A DNA stretch of 32,000 bases, from contig NZ_CP125669.1 of assembly GCF_030053775.1 (NCBI RefSeq), positions 1,017,962 through 1,049,961 on the forward strand, in the 5' to 3' direction. A program made the translations under genes and the position numbers. The notes beneath the pieces were generated by a model. That model had not been told where the DNA came from. It did not search any database and saw nothing but the letters and a program-made list of their open reading frames with translations. The stretch comes from Acinetobacter corruptisaponis. GTDB taxonomy: Bacteria > Pseudomonadota > Gammaproteobacteria > Pseudomonadales > Moraxellaceae. The first letter of the stretch is position 1; each line of letters opens with the position of its first letter. Shown here one piece after another: positions 31,247 to 32,000 of this stretch.

Positions 31247-32000
31247 TATTTGCCACCTCTTGCTTCAAAATCAATACGGGGATCAATCACTTGATAAAGC
31301 AAATCGCCAATTAAACGCAGGATCATGCCAAACAAGGTAAATAAAAATAATGTGCCGAAAATCACGGGATAATCACGCTGGGTAATCGCCTCAAAACCCA
31401 ACAATCCGATTCCATCAAGATTAAAAATAATCTCGATAAATAAATTACCGACAAAGAAAATCCCGACCAATGCTTCAGGTAAGGCGGCAACCACAATCAA
31501 AATAGCATTACGAAAGACATGCCCATAGAGCACCTGATGATCACTCAATCCTTTGGATCGTGCCGTCAGCACATAAGGTTTTTGCAATTCTTCCACAAAT
31601 GAATATTTAGTCAGATAGGTCAAGGCTGCAAAACTGCCTAACACCATACTGAGAATCGGCAGACACATATGCCAGAGATAATCTTTAACTTTTTCTAATA
31701 GACCAAGTTGGGCAAAATTTTCTGAAACCAAACCCTGTAATGGAAACCATTGCAAATAACTACCACCTCCAAGAAATACAATCAACACAATGGCAAATAC
31801 AAAGGAGGGAATGGCATAGCTCACAGCCAATAACAGCGAAGTTGATTGATCAAACAGCAAACCATTCTTTTTTGCTTTCTTGATGCCAAGTGGAATGGCA
31901 ATCAGGTAAATCAGGAAAGTGCTCCACAACCCTAACGATAAAGTGACAGGCAGTTTTTCATAAAGCAATTGTGTAACAGGTTTATCCTTAAAAAAACTTG
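31246..32000 (-). CDS. yejB: ABC transporter permease YejB-like (N-terminus beyond window end)
   Basis: OppB-type permease with the C-terminus ...DLLYQVIDPRIDFE. The frame is open to the window edge, so the listed Met at 31968 is probably internal. Confidence 0.8.
   Translation of the reverse strand, partial: SFFKDKPVTQLLYEKLPVTLSLGLWSTFLIYLIAIPLGIKKAKKNGLLFDQSTSLLLAVSYAIPSFVFAIVLIVFLGGGSYLQWFPLQGLVSENFAQLGLLEKVKDYLWHMCLPILSMVLGSFAALTYLTKYSFVEELQKPYVLTARSKGLSDHQVLYGHVFRNAILIVVAALPEALVGIFFVGNLFIEIIFNLDGIGLLGFEAITQRDYPVIFGTLFLFTLFGMILRLIGDLLYQVIDPRIDFEARGGK

Noticed and set aside
1-32000. Search for CRISPR arrays, retron-like RT/ncRNA, rRNA genes, IS elements or transposase genes
   Set aside because: I found no regularly spaced repeat-spacer array, no reverse-transcriptase-, Cas- or transposase-like ORF, and no terminal inverted repeats flanking a gene. 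The only repeats seen are the att duplication, the ori iterons, the operator motifs and the 12-mer described above.

Overview
AT-rich gammaproteobacterial chromosome segment. Acinetobacter-like is my inference from composition and the hemE / pyrC-rnt / yejBEF gene content; no search was run. It carries two unrelated integrated phages separated by housekeeping genes. (1) 1 to ~11.3 kb is the integrase-proximal arm of a lambdoid prophage, truncated by the window start. On the minus strand it has nin-like small genes, RusA, an O-like replication initiator with embedded ori iterons, a CII-position RHH protein and Cro. On the plus strand it has a CI-like repressor followed by two lysogeny-slot genes, a terminator, an operator-controlled early operon (ASCH-like, PD-(D/E)XK exonuclease, RecT with a long C-terminal extension, acidic protein, Fis-type HTH, Xis) and a lambda-type Int. 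(2) 11.3-17.9 kb is core genes: a membrane protein, hemE, an L,D-transpeptidase, a GGDEF cyclase, pyrC, rnt and tRNA-Glu(UUC). (3) 17.86-26.48 kb is an ~8.6 kb filamentous (inovirus-type) prophage inserted in the 3' end of tRNA-Glu and bounded by a perfect 49-bp direct repeat. Its core gene order is Ff-like: Rep_trans-type initiator, ssDNA-binding-size protein, small coat-size proteins, signal-peptide major coat, pIII-like adsorption protein, pVI-like protein and Zot/pI ATPase. It has no secretin, and also carries a small tyrosine integrase, an HTH repressor and a membrane-anchored DUF2726-type nuclease-fold cargo gene. (4) 26.6-32 kb holds a GST, an OYE-family flavin oxidoreductase and yejF-yejE-yejB (yejB runs off the window). 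The best candidates for undescribed biology are the two-gene module in the rexAB-equivalent slot after the CI-like repressor (with a convergent small-ORF pair), the nuclease-fold cargo of the filamentous prophage, the RecT C-terminal repeat extension, and several strongly structured non-coding elements in the inovirus. All family assignments rest on motifs I recognise by eye and need HMM or structure confirmation.
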